Positions 46,669-57,210 of a DNA stretch of 64,000 nt are shown here, in pieces. This stretch comes from Thermoanaerobaculia bacterium (GTDB taxonomy: Bacteria > Acidobacteriota > Thermoanaerobaculia > Multivoradales > Multivoraceae): contig OY761158.1 in the NCBI GenBank assembly GCA_963664405.1, forward strand, positions 6,716,314 to 6,780,313, in the 5' to 3' direction. Under the pieces are notes generated by a model. That model was not told where the DNA came from, did not search any database, and worked only from the letters and a program-made list of their open reading frames with translations. The position numbers and the translations under genes were made by a program. Within the stretch, counting starts at the first letter, position 1; every line of letters begins with the position of its first letter.

Positions 46669-49044
46669 TCAGGTCCGAACTCCAAGAAAGAGATAGAGAG
46701 AAAAGAAGGTGAAGAGGATGTTCGGACTCCAGGCCGCTAACCACGGCGGCATCGCACCCACCTCACCCAAGGTGGTGAAGAAGGCCATCACCACATAGAG
46801 AACGATTCCGACCAAAATGGCGACGCCGATGCCATAAAGGGCACCCTGCCTCCCTAGGCGAAATGCAAAAGGGAGAGCTACCAGGGCCATTACCAAGCAC
46901 ACCAGAGGGCTTGCGACTTTGTTGTGGAGCTGAGTCTCTAGTTCTGGAGCCTGCTGCCCACTGTTGGTGATCCTTGCGACATAGCTCTTGAGCTCGAGAT
47001 AGTTCATCTCGTCGGCGCTCTTGACCTCGGTGGAGAAGTATTCCGGCTCGACGTCCAGGTCGATCGCCAACGGTCCCGGTAGCTCGCGATACTCGACCAC
47101 TTTGGTTCCTGAGAAACTTCGGGTCCACGCCCCTCGGGCGTACCAAGTGTCGCCCAGTCTACGCAGCTCCGCGGCATAGAAGTGGCCAGTGAGGCGATGC
47201 TGGGGGTCGAAGCGGAAGGCCTGGAAACGTTGCAGAAGGTTGTCTTCGGGGTTGAAATGCAGATAGTTGTAGATAAAGGCAGCCTTGTCCTCGGTTTGGT
47301 TGAAGAACCACTGCGTTGTGGCGCCGCGCTGCGACGAGGGGTCCGGGTGCCCTTTGATGATGCGGCGCAGCTCAGCTTTTCGGGCGTTGGCGGCGGGCAG
47401 GAAGGTGAAGTCGAGAAGTGCTGTGGCCCCAGCGACGACCGCGCTCGCCAGCACCACGGGTAGTGCCAGACGGTACAGACTGATTCCCAGAGCCTTCGCG
47501 GCTGTAATTTCGTTCGTTCGCGACAAAAGGCCAAAGCTGATGAGCGTGGTCAGAAGGACGACGATCGGAGCGACGAGGTAGAAGATCTGCAGCGAGTGAT
47601 ACTGGTAGTGCTCGATCACCATCGATGCCGGAATGTCGTTCTCCATCACGAAGCGAGCCATCTCGGACAGGTCTATGACGATGTACAGCATCAGTGCCCC
47701 TGCCAGAACGAGGAGCCCGACCTTGATGAAGAGTCGGAGCAGATAGCGATCGAAGCGACTGGGAAAGCGCAGGTTGAAGTGGGGGAGGTGGATGAGGAAC
47801 TGAGCGCCCGCGGTGGCGAGTGTTCTGCTTTGCGCTGCCCCCTGCTTTTTGGCGGCGCGCTGCGACGGCCGTAACCGGTCCAAGTAGAGCCAGAGATGCT
47901 GCCGAAGCCATCGATCTCCACGAACCAGAAAGAGACTCTTGTCACTGTTCTTGCGGGCTAAGAGAAAGGCGCCGGCTACCAGAAAGATGAGGTTCGGGAG
48001 CCACATCGCGAGCCAGGGCGAAAGCCTGCCGTTGGCGGCTCCGTCCTCGCCCACATTCTGCAGTACGTAGTAAATGGCGATCACCGCGATGGCGAGTGAG
48101 AAGGCAGAAGATCGGCCTCCGGGCCGGCGCGAGAAGCCGAGGGGTAAGGCGACCAATCCGAAAACCAGGCATGCGGCCGGGATCGAGAACTTCTTGTGCA
48201 TCTCTACCCGTGCGAGGGCTCGCATCACCGGGGTACGCTCTTCGTCCTCGGACCAAGCGCGAAGGTCTTTCCAAGAGAGCTCGCGCACTTGGCTTGATCG
48301 CGAGCGAGCGACGGAGCCTTCACGGTTAGGCCCTTCGTTGGCAAAAGTCAGGACCCGATGGCCGCTGATCTGGGCTTCGGTCGGCGCGTTGAGGTCGAGT
48401 TGCTGCTGAATCGCAGAATCGAGCTCGACGATCAGGCGGTTGCCTGCCTGGTCGATGTTGGCCGAGCCCGACTCGGCCACCGTAAAGTGAGTCTGGCCAA
48501 TAGGCAGGGAATCCGCGATGAAGACGCCTTTCCAGCGCGTCTCTCCCGGTGGCACGTCAAAGATGTAGATGGTGCGATCTTCGAGAATCTGGTTGAAGAT
48601 CCTTGGCTCCAGCTGGGTCGTGACGTCGCCACTCAGCTGCTTCAATAAGAGTGTTTGGTAGGTATGGTTGCCCCATGGCAAAACCCAGATCATGAGCGCC
48701 ACATTGATCCCTGCGAGCACGATCGCCAAGGCCAGGAGCCCGCGGTAGAGATAAAAGAGACTCACGCCTGCCGCCCGCAGTGCGGTGAGCTCGCTGTCCG
48801 CGCTTAGACGGCCGACAGCGACCAGGATGCCGAAGAGCAGGGCCATGGGAATCGTGATGACCACGATGTGAGGAAGATTCAGCGCCAGCAGCTGGAGTAC
48901 CTCGCCGACGGGAACCCCGCGCCGGATGACCGCCTCGGCGAGCTCGAAGAAGGCGCGGATGAGAAGGATGAAGGTGAAGACCACAAAGCCCAGAAAGGTC
49001 GGGCCGATGGCTTCCGAGAAGATATAGCGGTCGAGCCGGCTCAT
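46669..49044 (-). CDS. Fused LptF/LptG LPS export permease
   Basis: Two LptF/G units (LDRYI..GRLSADSELTALRAAG; FDRYLL..LSRTNEITAAKALG; AAWSPN). Confidence 0.92.
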   Translation of the reverse strand: MSRLDRYIFSEAIGPTFLGFVVFTFILLIRAFFELAEAVIRRGVPVGEVLQLLALNLPHIVVITIPMALLFGILVAVGRLSADSELTALRAAGVSLFYLYRGLLALAIVLAGINVALMIWVLPWGNHTYQTLLLKQLSGDVTTQLEPRIFNQILEDRTIYIFDVPPGETRWKGVFIADSLPIGQTHFTVAESGSANIDQAGNRLIVELDSAIQQQLDLNAPTEAQISGHRVLTFANEGPNREGSVARSRSSQVRELSWKDLRAWSEDEERTPVMRALARVEMHKKFSIPAACLVFGLVALPLGFSRRPGGRSSAFSLAIAVIAIYYVLQNVGEDGAANGRLSPWLAMWLPNLIFLVAGAFLLARKNSDKSLFLVRGDRWLRQHLWLYLDRLRPSQRAAKKQGAAQSRTLATAGAQFLIHLPHFNLRFPSRFDRYLLRLFIKVGLLVLAGALMLYIVIDLSEMARFVMENDIPASMVIEHYQYHSLQIFYLVAPIVVLLTTLISFGLLSRTNEITAAKALGISLYRLALPVVLASAVVAGATALLDFTFLPAANARKAELRRIIKGHPDPSSQRGATTQWFFNQTEDKAAFIYNYLHFNPEDNLLQRFQAFRFDPQHRLTGHFYAAELRRLGDTWYARGAWTRSFSGTKVVEYRELPGPLAIDLDVEPEYFSTEVKSADEMNYLELKSYVARITNSGQQAPELETQLHNKVASPLVCLVMALVALPFAFRLGRQGALYGIGVAILVGIVLYVVMAFFTTLGEVGAMPPWLAAWSPNILFTFFSLYLFLGVRT

Positions 49045-49194
49045 GAAGGGAGCTCCGCCGGGAGTCTACTAGCCAGAAGCGGGTGGCGCGCAACTGCCCA
49101 CGGGAGCAAACAGAACGTCCGATAAGATAGATTATGTCAACCTATGCATGTCAGCGACTGCGCCCCGGCTCCTCTCGGGCCTCGCTCTACCGGC

Positions 49195-50094
49195 CTATTC
49201 GAGCCCCTCTTCCGAGTCCAACTGGGTACGAAGCTCCGCGAGTGCCTCCTCGAGTGCGCGAACGAGGTCCTCGGGCTCCACCGTGGACTGTCGAAAGCTC
49301 AGCGACAACTTGTACTTCTTCTCGGGCCCGCTGAACTGGAACGAATAGGGTTGCGCGCGGGCGCGCCTCTTGCCGACCTGGCGCCGTGCCACCGCGGCCT
49401 TGACTTCCTTGCGTACGGCGCTTCTTGCCATTCCCAGGACGCTAATGCGCTCGAGAAGCTGCATCATTTCGTCGGCATCTTCCAGCTTCAGGACCTCCAG
49501 CAGGACCGATCTGCTGTCGACGCCAAGAGCTTTGACGCAATCTCGTACCTGTTCTGGCATCTTCAGTAGCGCCAGAGTCTCGGTAATCGTCGTTCTCGAC
49601 TTACCAATGGCCCTTGCGACCTGGTCGTGGGTGTAATTGTGCTCTTCGCTCAGCCGGCGATAACCCTCTGCCTCTTCGAACACTGTCAGGTTCTCGCGAT
49701 GGAGATTCTCGACCAGGGCGATCTCCATCGCCTCCTGTGCCGAAACGTCCATTTCGATCGCCGGGATCTCGAACAGCCCGGCCTCGAGGGATGCCCGATA
49801 CCTTCGCTCGCCGGAAATGATCACAAACGCAGGGCCTGAATCGCCCTCGCTATCCGGATTGGGACGAATGAGAATCGGCTCGAGCACACCCTTGTCTTCG
49901 ATAGATCCGACGAGCTCCGAGAGGTCGCCAACACCCCTGCGCGGCTGATTCGGGTCCGGCTGGATCAACGAAAGAGCTACCAGGCGCCCCACCGGCGGGG
50001 CGTTCTGCGTCGCGAGATTATCTACGAAGTGGCGATCGTGGCGCATCCGGACCTGCTCAGGCAGCCCCCGCTTGCGATCTTCTACATCAGACAC
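49195..50094 (-). CDS. parB: ParB/Spo0J family partition protein
   Basis: PNQPR, GVLEPILIR, ISGERRYRA, ALVENLHRE, HTH. Confidence 0.92.
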   Translation of the reverse strand: MSDVEDRKRGLPEQVRMRHDRHFVDNLATQNAPPVGRLVALSLIQPDPNQPRRGVGDLSELVGSIEDKGVLEPILIRPNPDSEGDSGPAFVIISGERRYRASLEAGLFEIPAIEMDVSAQEAMEIALVENLHRENLTVFEEAEGYRRLSEEHNYTHDQVARAIGKSRTTITETLALLKMPEQVRDCVKALGVDSRSVLLEVLKLEDADEMMQLLERISVLGMARSAVRKEVKAAVARRQVGKRRARAQPYSFQFSGPEKKYKLSLSFRQSTVEPEDLVRALEEALAELRTQLDSEEGLE

Positions 50095-50848
50095 GACTCA
50101 GCACCTCTTCGGCCAGAGCGTAGTACTGGTAAGCGCTTGCAGAGCGCGGCGCGAAAGAGAAGATGGGCTCCCGATAGGCCGGGCTCTCTTCGAGTCGTAC
50201 ACTCTTCGTGATCACCGTATTGAAGAGCTTTTCCCCGAAGACCTTCTCAATCTCTTTTTGGATGTCGCGCGCAAGTAGGGTTCGCTTATCGTGCAGCGTG
50301 ATCAACACGCCGAGAATCTGCAGCCGAGGATTCCCTCCCCTCTTCTTGATCCGATCGATCGTCTCTAGGAGGTCGTCGGTTCCTTCCAGGGCGTAGTAGC
50401 TCGACTGGATCGGCACGATTGCGTGTCCCGATGCAACCAGCGCGTTCACCGTAATGATTCCCAGCGTAGGGGGCGTATCGAGCACGATGTAGTCGTACTT
50501 ACGGGAAACCTTCGCAAGGGCGTCCTTGAGTCGAAAGTGACTGTCGAATTGGCCGACGAGCGCACCCTCGAGCTTGGCAAGCGAAATATGAGAAGGAGCG
50601 ATATCCAGATTCGGCACCTTCTCCGCGGGTACAATGATGTCGGCGATTCCGACGCTCGAGTCCGCCAGCACATCGTACATCGACCCTTCCAGATCGTGAA
50701 TGTCGACGAAGGAGAGTGAGCTATTAGCCTGGGGGTCGAGATCGACGAGAAGGGTGCGCAGGCTCTTCCCTGCCAGGGCGGCAGACAGATTGATGGCGGT
50801 CGTGGTCTTCCCCACTCCGCCCTTTTGATTGGTGATCGCGATGATCAT
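50087..50848 (-). CDS. parA: ParA/Soj ATPase
   Basis: NQKGGVGKTT, DLDPQAN, DTPP, LEESP. Confidence 0.96.
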   Translation of the reverse strand: MIIAITNQKGGVGKTTTAINLSAALAGKSLRTLLVDLDPQANSSLSFVDIHDLEGSMYDVLADSSVGIADIIVPAEKVPNLDIAPSHISLAKLEGALVGQFDSHFRLKDALAKVSRKYDYIVLDTPPTLGIITVNALVASGHAIVPIQSSYYALEGTDDLLETIDRIKKRGGNPRLQILGVLITLHDKRTLLARDIQKEIEKVFGEKLFNTVITKSVRLEESPAYREPIFSFAPRSASAYQYYALAEEVLSRV

Positions 50849-50947
50849 TCAGCGAACCTAGCCCGGGGACCCTGCGTGCTCATGTCGGCCGGCAGACAAT
50901 GTTCCTAAATATCTGAATCCACGCAGTTAACGACACACTTCCAGGGA

Positions 50948-51460
50948 CTACATCTCATACTCGCCCAGATCATCAGGGTCGAGATCCTCCAATAGCTTTC
51001 GAATCCGTTCCTGCTCGTCACGCATGACGCTTTCATCGCCCGCCTTTGCCTTCTCGAGGACGGAAGAGGCGACCAGTACCGGAGCCGCAGTGCGAAGAGC
51101 GAGGGCAATCGCGTCGCTGGGTCGAGCATCGATCTCGAGAGTCTGGGACTCCCCCGCTCGCTGGACGTAGATGGTGGCGTAGAAGGTCTGGTCTCGAAGA
51201 TCCGCCACGACCACTTTCACCACCTCGGAGTTGAGGGCTGCCATGGTGGTCGCTAGTAGATCGTGGGTGCGCGGCCTTGGCGACTCCGAGGACTCGAGGC
51301 CAAGTTGGATTGCGCTCGCTTCAAAGAGCCCGATCCAGATCGGAAGAAAGGCTTGAGATTCCGGGTCTTTGAGAATGACGATCGGGTTATTCGACGAAGG
51401 ATCGATCATCAGGCCTTTGACTTCCATCAGAATCAGGTCGTCTGGGTCGCGTGTCGTCAT
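50948..51460 (-). CDS. Bifunctional nuclease family protein (DUF151)
   Basis: LPIWIG..EA, RPRTHDL, FYA, IDARPSDAIALALR. Confidence 0.93.
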   Translation of the reverse strand: MTTRDPDDLILMEVKGLMIDPSSNNPIVILKDPESQAFLPIWIGLFEASAIQLGLESSESPRPRTHDLLATTMAALNSEVVKVVVADLRDQTFYATIYVQRAGESQTLEIDARPSDAIALALRTAAPVLVASSVLEKAKAGDESVMRDEQERIRKLLEDLDPDDLGEYEM

Positions 51461-52857
51461 CCGCCCTCTCCAAGTCTCACCAGGGGCCGGCGCGCCTCAT
51501 CGACGCGTGCCAGGGGTGCTCGTGCCTCGACTGTGGCTGACAGGCTGTGCGGAAACGCTCGGTCCACCCTCGCCTGACACATCTCCCCCGGCGCAACCCC
51601 TAAACCCGCGTTTGCGTCGAGATGGACGACCCGATGGCAAGCGCTCCTTCCGACGACAGTCCCAGGAGTCTTTCCTGGACCGGTGACCAGGATCTCCAGT
51701 TCCCGGCCGACGAGGCTCTGGTTGAGCTCCAGCTGAATCTCCTTCTGGGTCGCAAAGATCTGCTGGAGACGGCGATCGCTGGTAGCGAGGTCGACGGGCT
51801 CACCAATACGAAGCGCAGCTGTGCCGGGCCTCGGAGAGTACTTGAAGGCATAGAGAGACGCGAAGCGCAGCTCCTCGACGAGCCGGAGAGTTCCTTCGAA
51901 TTCGTCTTCGGTCTCGCCGGGAAAGCCAACGATGATGTCGGTCGAGAGGGCTATTCCGCTGCGCGCAGCGCGTAGGCTCGTAACCAAATCGCGATACTCG
52001 CCCACGGTGTAGCCGCGGCCCATTCGGCGGAGAACCGAATTGCTCCCGGACTGGACCGGGAGATGAATATAGGGGCAGATCACTTCCTGGCTGCCAACTT
52101 GGTCGACCATGCGAGGTGAGAAGTCTCGTGGATAAGAGGTCACGAAGCGAAGGCGGCGCAAGCCGGGCACGTTGGCCACAGCCTCGAGCAGATCAGCGAA
52201 GTCTATTTGGCCTCCGTCGGCGTCCGTTCCACGCCAATGGTTCACGGTCTGGCCGAGAAGCTCGATCTCGAGGAACCCGAAGTCGACGAGATGGCGTACT
52301 TCGTTGACGATGGCCGCGAGAGGCCGGCTACGCTCGGGGCCTCTGGTTTGGGGCACGATGCAGAAGGTGCAGTTCTTGTCGCAGCCTTCGACCACCGTAA
52401 CCATGCCCTTGTATAGACCGTCTCGACTGATGGCGTCGATCTCGTACGGGCGATCCTCCGGAAAGCCCACTGCAACAGGTCGCATCCCCTTGCGGGCCTT
52501 CGCCATCACCGAGCGCATCTCTCCGACTCTGCCGGTTCCAAGAACGAAGTCCAGCTCGGGGACCCGTCGTAGCGCTCGCTCTCCCTCTTGCTGCGCCACA
52601 CATCCACAGAAGCCGATGAGGAGCTCGGGGCGATCGCTTTTGAGCAGGCGGTACTCTCCCAGCCTCGAATAGGCCTTCTGCGCAGCCTTCTCTCGCACAC
52701 TGCACGAATTGAGCAGGATCACATCTGCGTCTCGAGGAGTGGCTGTGGGCAGCAGCCCATCCTGCATCAGCTGGCCTGAGAGCCGCTGGCTGTCGAGCTC
52801 GTTCATCTGGCAGCCCCAGGTCTCGATGAAGAAGCGATCGGCCTTCGGGTAGTTCAT
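51457..52857 (-). CDS. miaB: tRNA methylthiotransferase MiaB
   Basis: TWGCQMNELDS, NSCSVREKA, CDKNCTFC radical SAM, HLPVQSGS, TDIIVGFPGE. Confidence 0.96.
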   Translation of the reverse strand: MNYPKADRFFIETWGCQMNELDSQRLSGQLMQDGLLPTATPRDADVILLNSCSVREKAAQKAYSRLGEYRLLKSDRPELLIGFCGCVAQQEGERALRRVPELDFVLGTGRVGEMRSVMAKARKGMRPVAVGFPEDRPYEIDAISRDGLYKGMVTVVEGCDKNCTFCIVPQTRGPERSRPLAAIVNEVRHLVDFGFLEIELLGQTVNHWRGTDADGGQIDFADLLEAVANVPGLRRLRFVTSYPRDFSPRMVDQVGSQEVICPYIHLPVQSGSNSVLRRMGRGYTVGEYRDLVTSLRAARSGIALSTDIIVGFPGETEDEFEGTLRLVEELRFASLYAFKYSPRPGTAALRIGEPVDLATSDRRLQQIFATQKEIQLELNQSLVGRELEILVTGPGKTPGTVVGRSACHRVVHLDANAGLGVAPGEMCQARVDRAFPHSLSATVEARAPLARVDEARRPLVRLGEGG

Positions 52858-53771
52858 TGCCGAATCGCTTCTTCGTTGAGAAGCTTGGGCTCCCGCGGGT
52901 CCTCTTCGCGGCGTCGCTCGGGGGCTGTGTCCGGCTTGCTCCGGGCCGGCTCGAACTCGATACCTTCGCGTAGCCAGCCGGGGAGGGCTCCAGAGCGCCG
53001 CCCGTCCTCGAGAAAGGCATCCATTCGATCCTGGTACTCGGCCACTTCTTCTCTGGCTTCCTCGATGGCAATCAGGGCCCTATCCCACGCCGGCTTGATT
53101 TCGTTGTCGCGATAAAAGGGGTCGTCTTCATCGTAGAAGCGCCGGCGCAGCTCAGCGACCTCGGTCTGAAGCGCACTGACCTCCTCGACCTCTGCCTTCC
53201 AGTTGAGTCGCAGGCGTAACGCCTCTCCGCGCCAATACTGCTCCGACACGCCGTCCGTGGTGGTCGGTGCGGCTATGTTCTCCGGCTCGTTGGTTTCCGT
53301 CAGGATGGTGAGCTGCCCTCCCTCGGCCTGTTCGGCAATGTTGCTGTTGGTAATGACGGTGGTCGGGGGCGCGGTACGGCCGGCTCGCTGGCGCCGGGCC
53401 TCTTGTGAGGCTTCGAAGAGAGTTCTCGGCGTAGCCTCAGTCGGCTGCTCGCTGACGGTGACGATGGTGATCGATTGGTTGTCTCTGAGAGTAGGGACGT
53501 CTTCTACTGGGGGCGCTGGCTCCCCCTCCGGCAGGGAAACGCTACCCTCGGCCAGATCGGTCCCCTCGCCGAGCTCGGCGCCTTCGGCGAGATCGTCGCC
53601 GCTGGACCGATCGGGCACCTCCCCCTCTGGAGAGGGAGCCTCGGTCAAGGTCTGCGAAGGTAGCTCGACTTCCTTGGAGAGCAGACTGGTCCCGCATCCC
53701 AGGGTGAACGCGAGCCCGGTCAGAAACATGAGCAAGAGTGTGCCTTGGCAGTAGTCTCTGGGCTTGGCCAC
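52854..53771 (-). CDS. Hypothetical lipoprotein with acidic linker and coiled coil
   Basis: TLGC lipobox; VITN, EQYWR, GALPGWLR. Confidence 0.7.
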   Translation of the reverse strand: MAKPRDYCQGTLLLMFLTGLAFTLGCGTSLLSKEVELPSQTLTEAPSPEGEVPDRSSGDDLAEGAELGEGTDLAEGSVSLPEGEPAPPVEDVPTLRDNQSITIVTVSEQPTEATPRTLFEASQEARRQRAGRTAPPTTVITNSNIAEQAEGGQLTILTETNEPENIAAPTTTDGVSEQYWRGEALRLRLNWKAEVEEVSALQTEVAELRRRFYDEDDPFYRDNEIKPAWDRALIAIEEAREEVAEYQDRMDAFLEDGRRSGALPGWLREGIEFEPARSKPDTAPERRREEDPREPKLLNEEAIRQ

Positions 53772-53859
53772 GTCCGCTGTCTCCGTTAACTAGGCCATTG
53801 TAGTCGAGGCCGAGGAGAGGACCAAGACGCCCCTCTGGGCGGCTCTCCGACGCAATTCA

Positions 53860-55629
53860 TTACGCCCTAGTTACGCCGGAAGGAGATGGCAGGCCAGCGA
53901 GCAGTTCTCGCACCTCGTCAGCGGTCTGGAGAGCGAGACAGGCCTCCGTGACAGGGCCGAGATCTTCAATCTGCAGTTCGCCGATCTTCTCGCTGATGAC
54001 CGGGATGGAGCGGGGTCCCATCGAGAGACGTCGCAGGCCGATGCCGAGAAGGAAGGGTGTCAGCAGCGGATCGGAAGCCATCTCGCCGCATAGGGAGAGC
54101 TCGCAGGGCGTGCCGGCAACGCCATCCACGATGCTCTTCAGTAGGCGAAGAACTGCGGGATGGGTTGGTTGATAGAGCTCGGCTACGTGCTCGTTGTTGC
54201 GGTCCACGGCAAGTGAGTACTGAATCAGATCGTTGGTCCCGATTGAAAGGAAGTCGACTTCGCGAGCGAAGTGGTCGGCCAGTAGGGCCGCTCCAGGTAC
54301 CTCGATCATGGCACCGAGCCGAACGTCTGGGTCGTGCGCCAGCCCCTCGGCCGCGAGCTCTGCGACGATCTCAGTGCAGAGAGCCTTGAAGAATCGTACC
54401 TCCTCCAGCGTGCTCACCAGCGGAATCATGATCCGCAGGTCACCTTTGACTGCGGCTCTGTACAGGGCTCGGAGCTGGGACCTCATGATCTCGGGATGGA
54501 GTCGGGTAAGGCGGATACCCCGCAGGCCCAGAACGGGATTCTCCTCTTCGCCCGGGAAGAGCTCACGCGCGAGCTGCCGACCGCCAAGGTCGAAGGTGCG
54601 CACGGTGACCGGGCGAGGATGAAGTCCCTCGAGGAGCGCTGAGAACAGAGCGAAGTGCTCTTCCTCGGTCGGGATCTCCGGACTCTTCTCGATGAAGAAG
54701 AACTCGCTGCGGTACAGCCCAACGCCACAGCAGCCGAAGCGGATCGCGTCATCGATCTCGTCGACTAGCTCCAGGTTCGCCAACAGCTCGATCTCGACTC
54801 CGTCGCCTGTCCGTGCCTGGACGCCGGGTTGTCGAGCCACGTCCTCGTCGGCACTTTGAAGACGACCGAGCTTAGCCTCGTAGAGGGCCAGAACCTCTGG
54901 GGTCGGGTGGAGAATGATCCTGTCCTCATCCCCGTCGATGATCACCGGATCCTGGTCCGTGGCCAGTTCAAGGATGCCGGTGAGATTCACCACCATCGGT
55001 AGGTTCAGGCCGCGCGCGATGATGGTTGTATGGGTCGCTTTGCCACCCACCTCGAGCGCGAAACCCACGACGTTCTCGCGAGAGAAGCGCAGGGCGTCAG
55101 ACGGCGCGAGCTCTTTGCCCACCAACACCACGTTGCCCTCGATCTCGGAGAGCTCATGATGACCGATGCCCTGAAGGCTCCTCAGCAGGTAGCGGCTGAC
55201 GTTACGAAGATCCTCGCTCCGCTCCCGGAGATACTCGCTCTCGATCTCGGCGAATCGGATCTCGAGCTCGTTACAAGTGCGGGCGACCGCCCATTCCGCG
55301 TTGACCTGCCGCGAGCGAATGCGATCGACGATTCGTCGAGCGAAGGCCTTGTCGTTGAGGAGAAGGGCCTGTGCCTCCAGGATGCTGGCCATGTCGTCGC
55401 CGAGAGCCTGCTCCATCTTGACGCGAGCCTTCGAAAGATCGGCGAAGGCCGCATCGCGAGCCTCCTCGAAGCGGCGAATCTCGGGCCCGATATCCGCTCT
55501 ACCGAGGTGGAAGCGCAAGACCTCGTCGCCGGCGTCTTCTACGCAAACGGCTCGGCCGATCGCAACGCCACCCGAGACTCCGAGCCCTTCCATGACGCGC
55601 ATGCTCACGCGCTCAACCCTCCTCTCCAA
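53860..55629 (-). CDS. ptsI: PTS enzyme I (start may be 55602)
   Basis: GGKATHTTIIAR phospho-His, GLYRSEF, RTFDLGG, NPVLGLRGIR, SIGTNDL, CGEMA. Confidence 0.96.
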   Translation of the reverse strand: MERRVERVSMRVMEGLGVSGGVAIGRAVCVEDAGDEVLRFHLGRADIGPEIRRFEEARDAAFADLSKARVKMEQALGDDMASILEAQALLLNDKAFARRIVDRIRSRQVNAEWAVARTCNELEIRFAEIESEYLRERSEDLRNVSRYLLRSLQGIGHHELSEIEGNVVLVGKELAPSDALRFSRENVVGFALEVGGKATHTTIIARGLNLPMVVNLTGILELATDQDPVIIDGDEDRIILHPTPEVLALYEAKLGRLQSADEDVARQPGVQARTGDGVEIELLANLELVDEIDDAIRFGCCGVGLYRSEFFFIEKSPEIPTEEEHFALFSALLEGLHPRPVTVRTFDLGGRQLARELFPGEEENPVLGLRGIRLTRLHPEIMRSQLRALYRAAVKGDLRIMIPLVSTLEEVRFFKALCTEIVAELAAEGLAHDPDVRLGAMIEVPGAALLADHFAREVDFLSIGTNDLIQYSLAVDRNNEHVAELYQPTHPAVLRLLKSIVDGVAGTPCELSLCGEMASDPLLTPFLLGIGLRRLSMGPRSIPVISEKIGELQIEDLGPVTEACLALQTADEVRELLAGLPSPSGVTRA

Positions 55630-55882
55630 AGCCGTCGGCGATCAGACGTGTGACCGCTTCGAGAGCCGCAAGCTCGTCGACTCCGCTACAGCGAACCGTG
55701 ACCCTCATCCCCTGCGCCGCGGCCAGAAGCAGAATCCCGAGGATGCTCTTTGCGTCGACTTCCTCGGCATCGCTCACGAGGTACACCTCCGATTCGAAAC
55801 TGGAGGCCATTTGAACCAGCTTGGCTGCAGCTCGCGCATGAAGCCCGAGGCGATTGACGATTTCAGACTCGGCATCGACCAT
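55613..55882 (-). CDS. ptsH: Phosphocarrier HPr
   Basis: GLHARAA, DAKSILG, GFGE. Confidence 0.95.
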   Translation of the reverse strand: MVDAESEIVNRLGLHARAAAKLVQMASSFESEVYLVSDAEEVDAKSILGILLLAAAQGMRVTVRCSGVDELAALEAVTRLIADGFGEEG

Positions 55883-55886
55883 CGAC

Positions 55887-56321
55887 CTAGTCCCCGTCCT
55901 CGTCGCAGCCGGGAGCGCTGCCGGGCGGCGGATCGCTCAACCGGACGATACTCTTGGTGGCCTTCGCTCGCATCCACTCTGCGAGCTCGCCGACTGCTTC
56001 GGGCTGGCTTTGGAGGCTCCCCAGCCGCATCACCATGGGCAGATTCACGCCGGTCACCATCTCGACCCGACCCGGCTCGAGGAAGGGTGTACAGGCGTTG
56101 GATGGCGTAGCACCAAAGACATCGGTGAGAATCAGCACTCCATCCTCGCGACCGATCTCTTTGAGCATCTCCTCGACCTGGCGCCGAGCTTTCTCGAGCG
56201 AGATATCCCACTCCAGGCACACCACAGAAATATCACCCAGGGATCCGGCATTGATGCGTCGCGCCGCATGAACCAGATGGGCCGCGAGTTGGCCGTGACC
56301 AACGATGAGTTTCTTGATCAT
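55887..56321 (-). CDS. PTS EIIA (mannose/fructose type)
   Basis: IVGHG, LILTDVFGATPSN, VTGVNLPM. Confidence 0.92.
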   Translation of the reverse strand: MIKKLIVGHGQLAAHLVHAARRINAGSLGDISVVCLEWDISLEKARRQVEEMLKEIGREDGVLILTDVFGATPSNACTPFLEPGRVEMVTGVNLPMVMRLGSLQSQPEAVGELAEWMRAKATKSIVRLSDPPPGSAPGCDEDGD

Positions 56322-56325
56322 GCCT

Positions 56326-57210
56326 TCACTTCGCCGTTTGGGTTTTGTCGAGGTCTCTATGCTCGACCCGTACCGGCCAGCCGCTCTCGCCGAGGAGCTC
56401 GGCGAGTCGTTCGCAGACAGCAACGGAACGGTGCTGCCCACCCGTGCAGCCTACCGCCACCGAGAGATAGCTGCGTTTCTCCTCCGCATATCTCGGTAGG
56501 AGAAAACTCAGAAAATCGAGCATACGTTCCACCAGCTCGCTGAAGTCCCCCTCTTCCATAAGAAAACGTTGCACCGGCAGATCCCTGCCGCTGAGCTCGC
56601 GAAGCTCGGCGACGAAGTAGGGGTTGGAGAGGAAGCGGACGTCGAAGAGGAGGTCGCTGCCGTAGGGTATTCCGTGTTTGAACCCGAAGCTCACGAGCGA
56701 GACCACCAACTGCGGACTCGCCACCTCCGGATCGGCGAACCGCTCCCAGACTTGGCGTCGGATCTCGTGGACGGACCATTCGCTGGTATCGAAGATCATG
56801 TCGGCCACGCCCCTTAGATCGGCCAGGACTCGGCGCTCCTCGACGATCGCGTCAATGAGACTGCCGGAGTGACTTCGCGTCAAAGGATGGCGCCTTCTCG
56901 TCTCGGAGAACCTGCGGACGAGGGTCTCGTCGGAAGCTTCGAGAAAGAGCAGAGTCAGGTGGGATTCCTGCGCGTCACGGAGATCGAGAAGCCGCGGAAT
57001 CTCGTCGATGAAGCCCGGTGCCCTGACGTCGGCTACCACTGCGAGTCGATCGCGATCACCGACGTGCTCTCGGGGTGAGCGCAGAAGGGGTCCGAGGAGG
57101 CTCAAGGGCAAGTTGTCGACGCAAAAATAGCCAAGGTCCTCGAAACACTTGGCCACCGAGCTCTTGCCGGAGCCCGAGAGCCCTGTGATCAGTGCGACTT
57201 CGACCCTCAT
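56326..57210 (-). CDS. rapZ: RNase adapter RapZ (YvcJ)
   Basis: ITGLSGSGKS, DNLP, RRFSETRRRHP, SFGFKHG, FDVRFLSNP, GCTGGQHRS. Confidence 0.95.
   Translation of the reverse strand: MRVEVALITGLSGSGKSSVAKCFEDLGYFCVDNLPLSLLGPLLRSPREHVGDRDRLAVVADVRAPGFIDEIPRLLDLRDAQESHLTLLFLEASDETLVRRFSETRRRHPLTRSHSGSLIDAIVEERRVLADLRGVADMIFDTSEWSVHEIRRQVWERFADPEVASPQLVVSLVSFGFKHGIPYGSDLLFDVRFLSNPYFVAELRELSGRDLPVQRFLMEEGDFSELVERMLDFLSFLLPRYAEEKRSYLSVAVGCTGGQHRSVAVCERLAELLGESGWPVRVEHRDLDKTQTAK

Noticed and set aside
46669-49044. LptF-LptG fusion as a novelty
   Set aside because: Such fusions are, to my knowledge, common in Acidobacteriota
49044-50948. parS sites or replication origin near parAB
   Set aside because: No TGTTTCACGTGAAACA-like palindrome or DnaA-box cluster seen by eye
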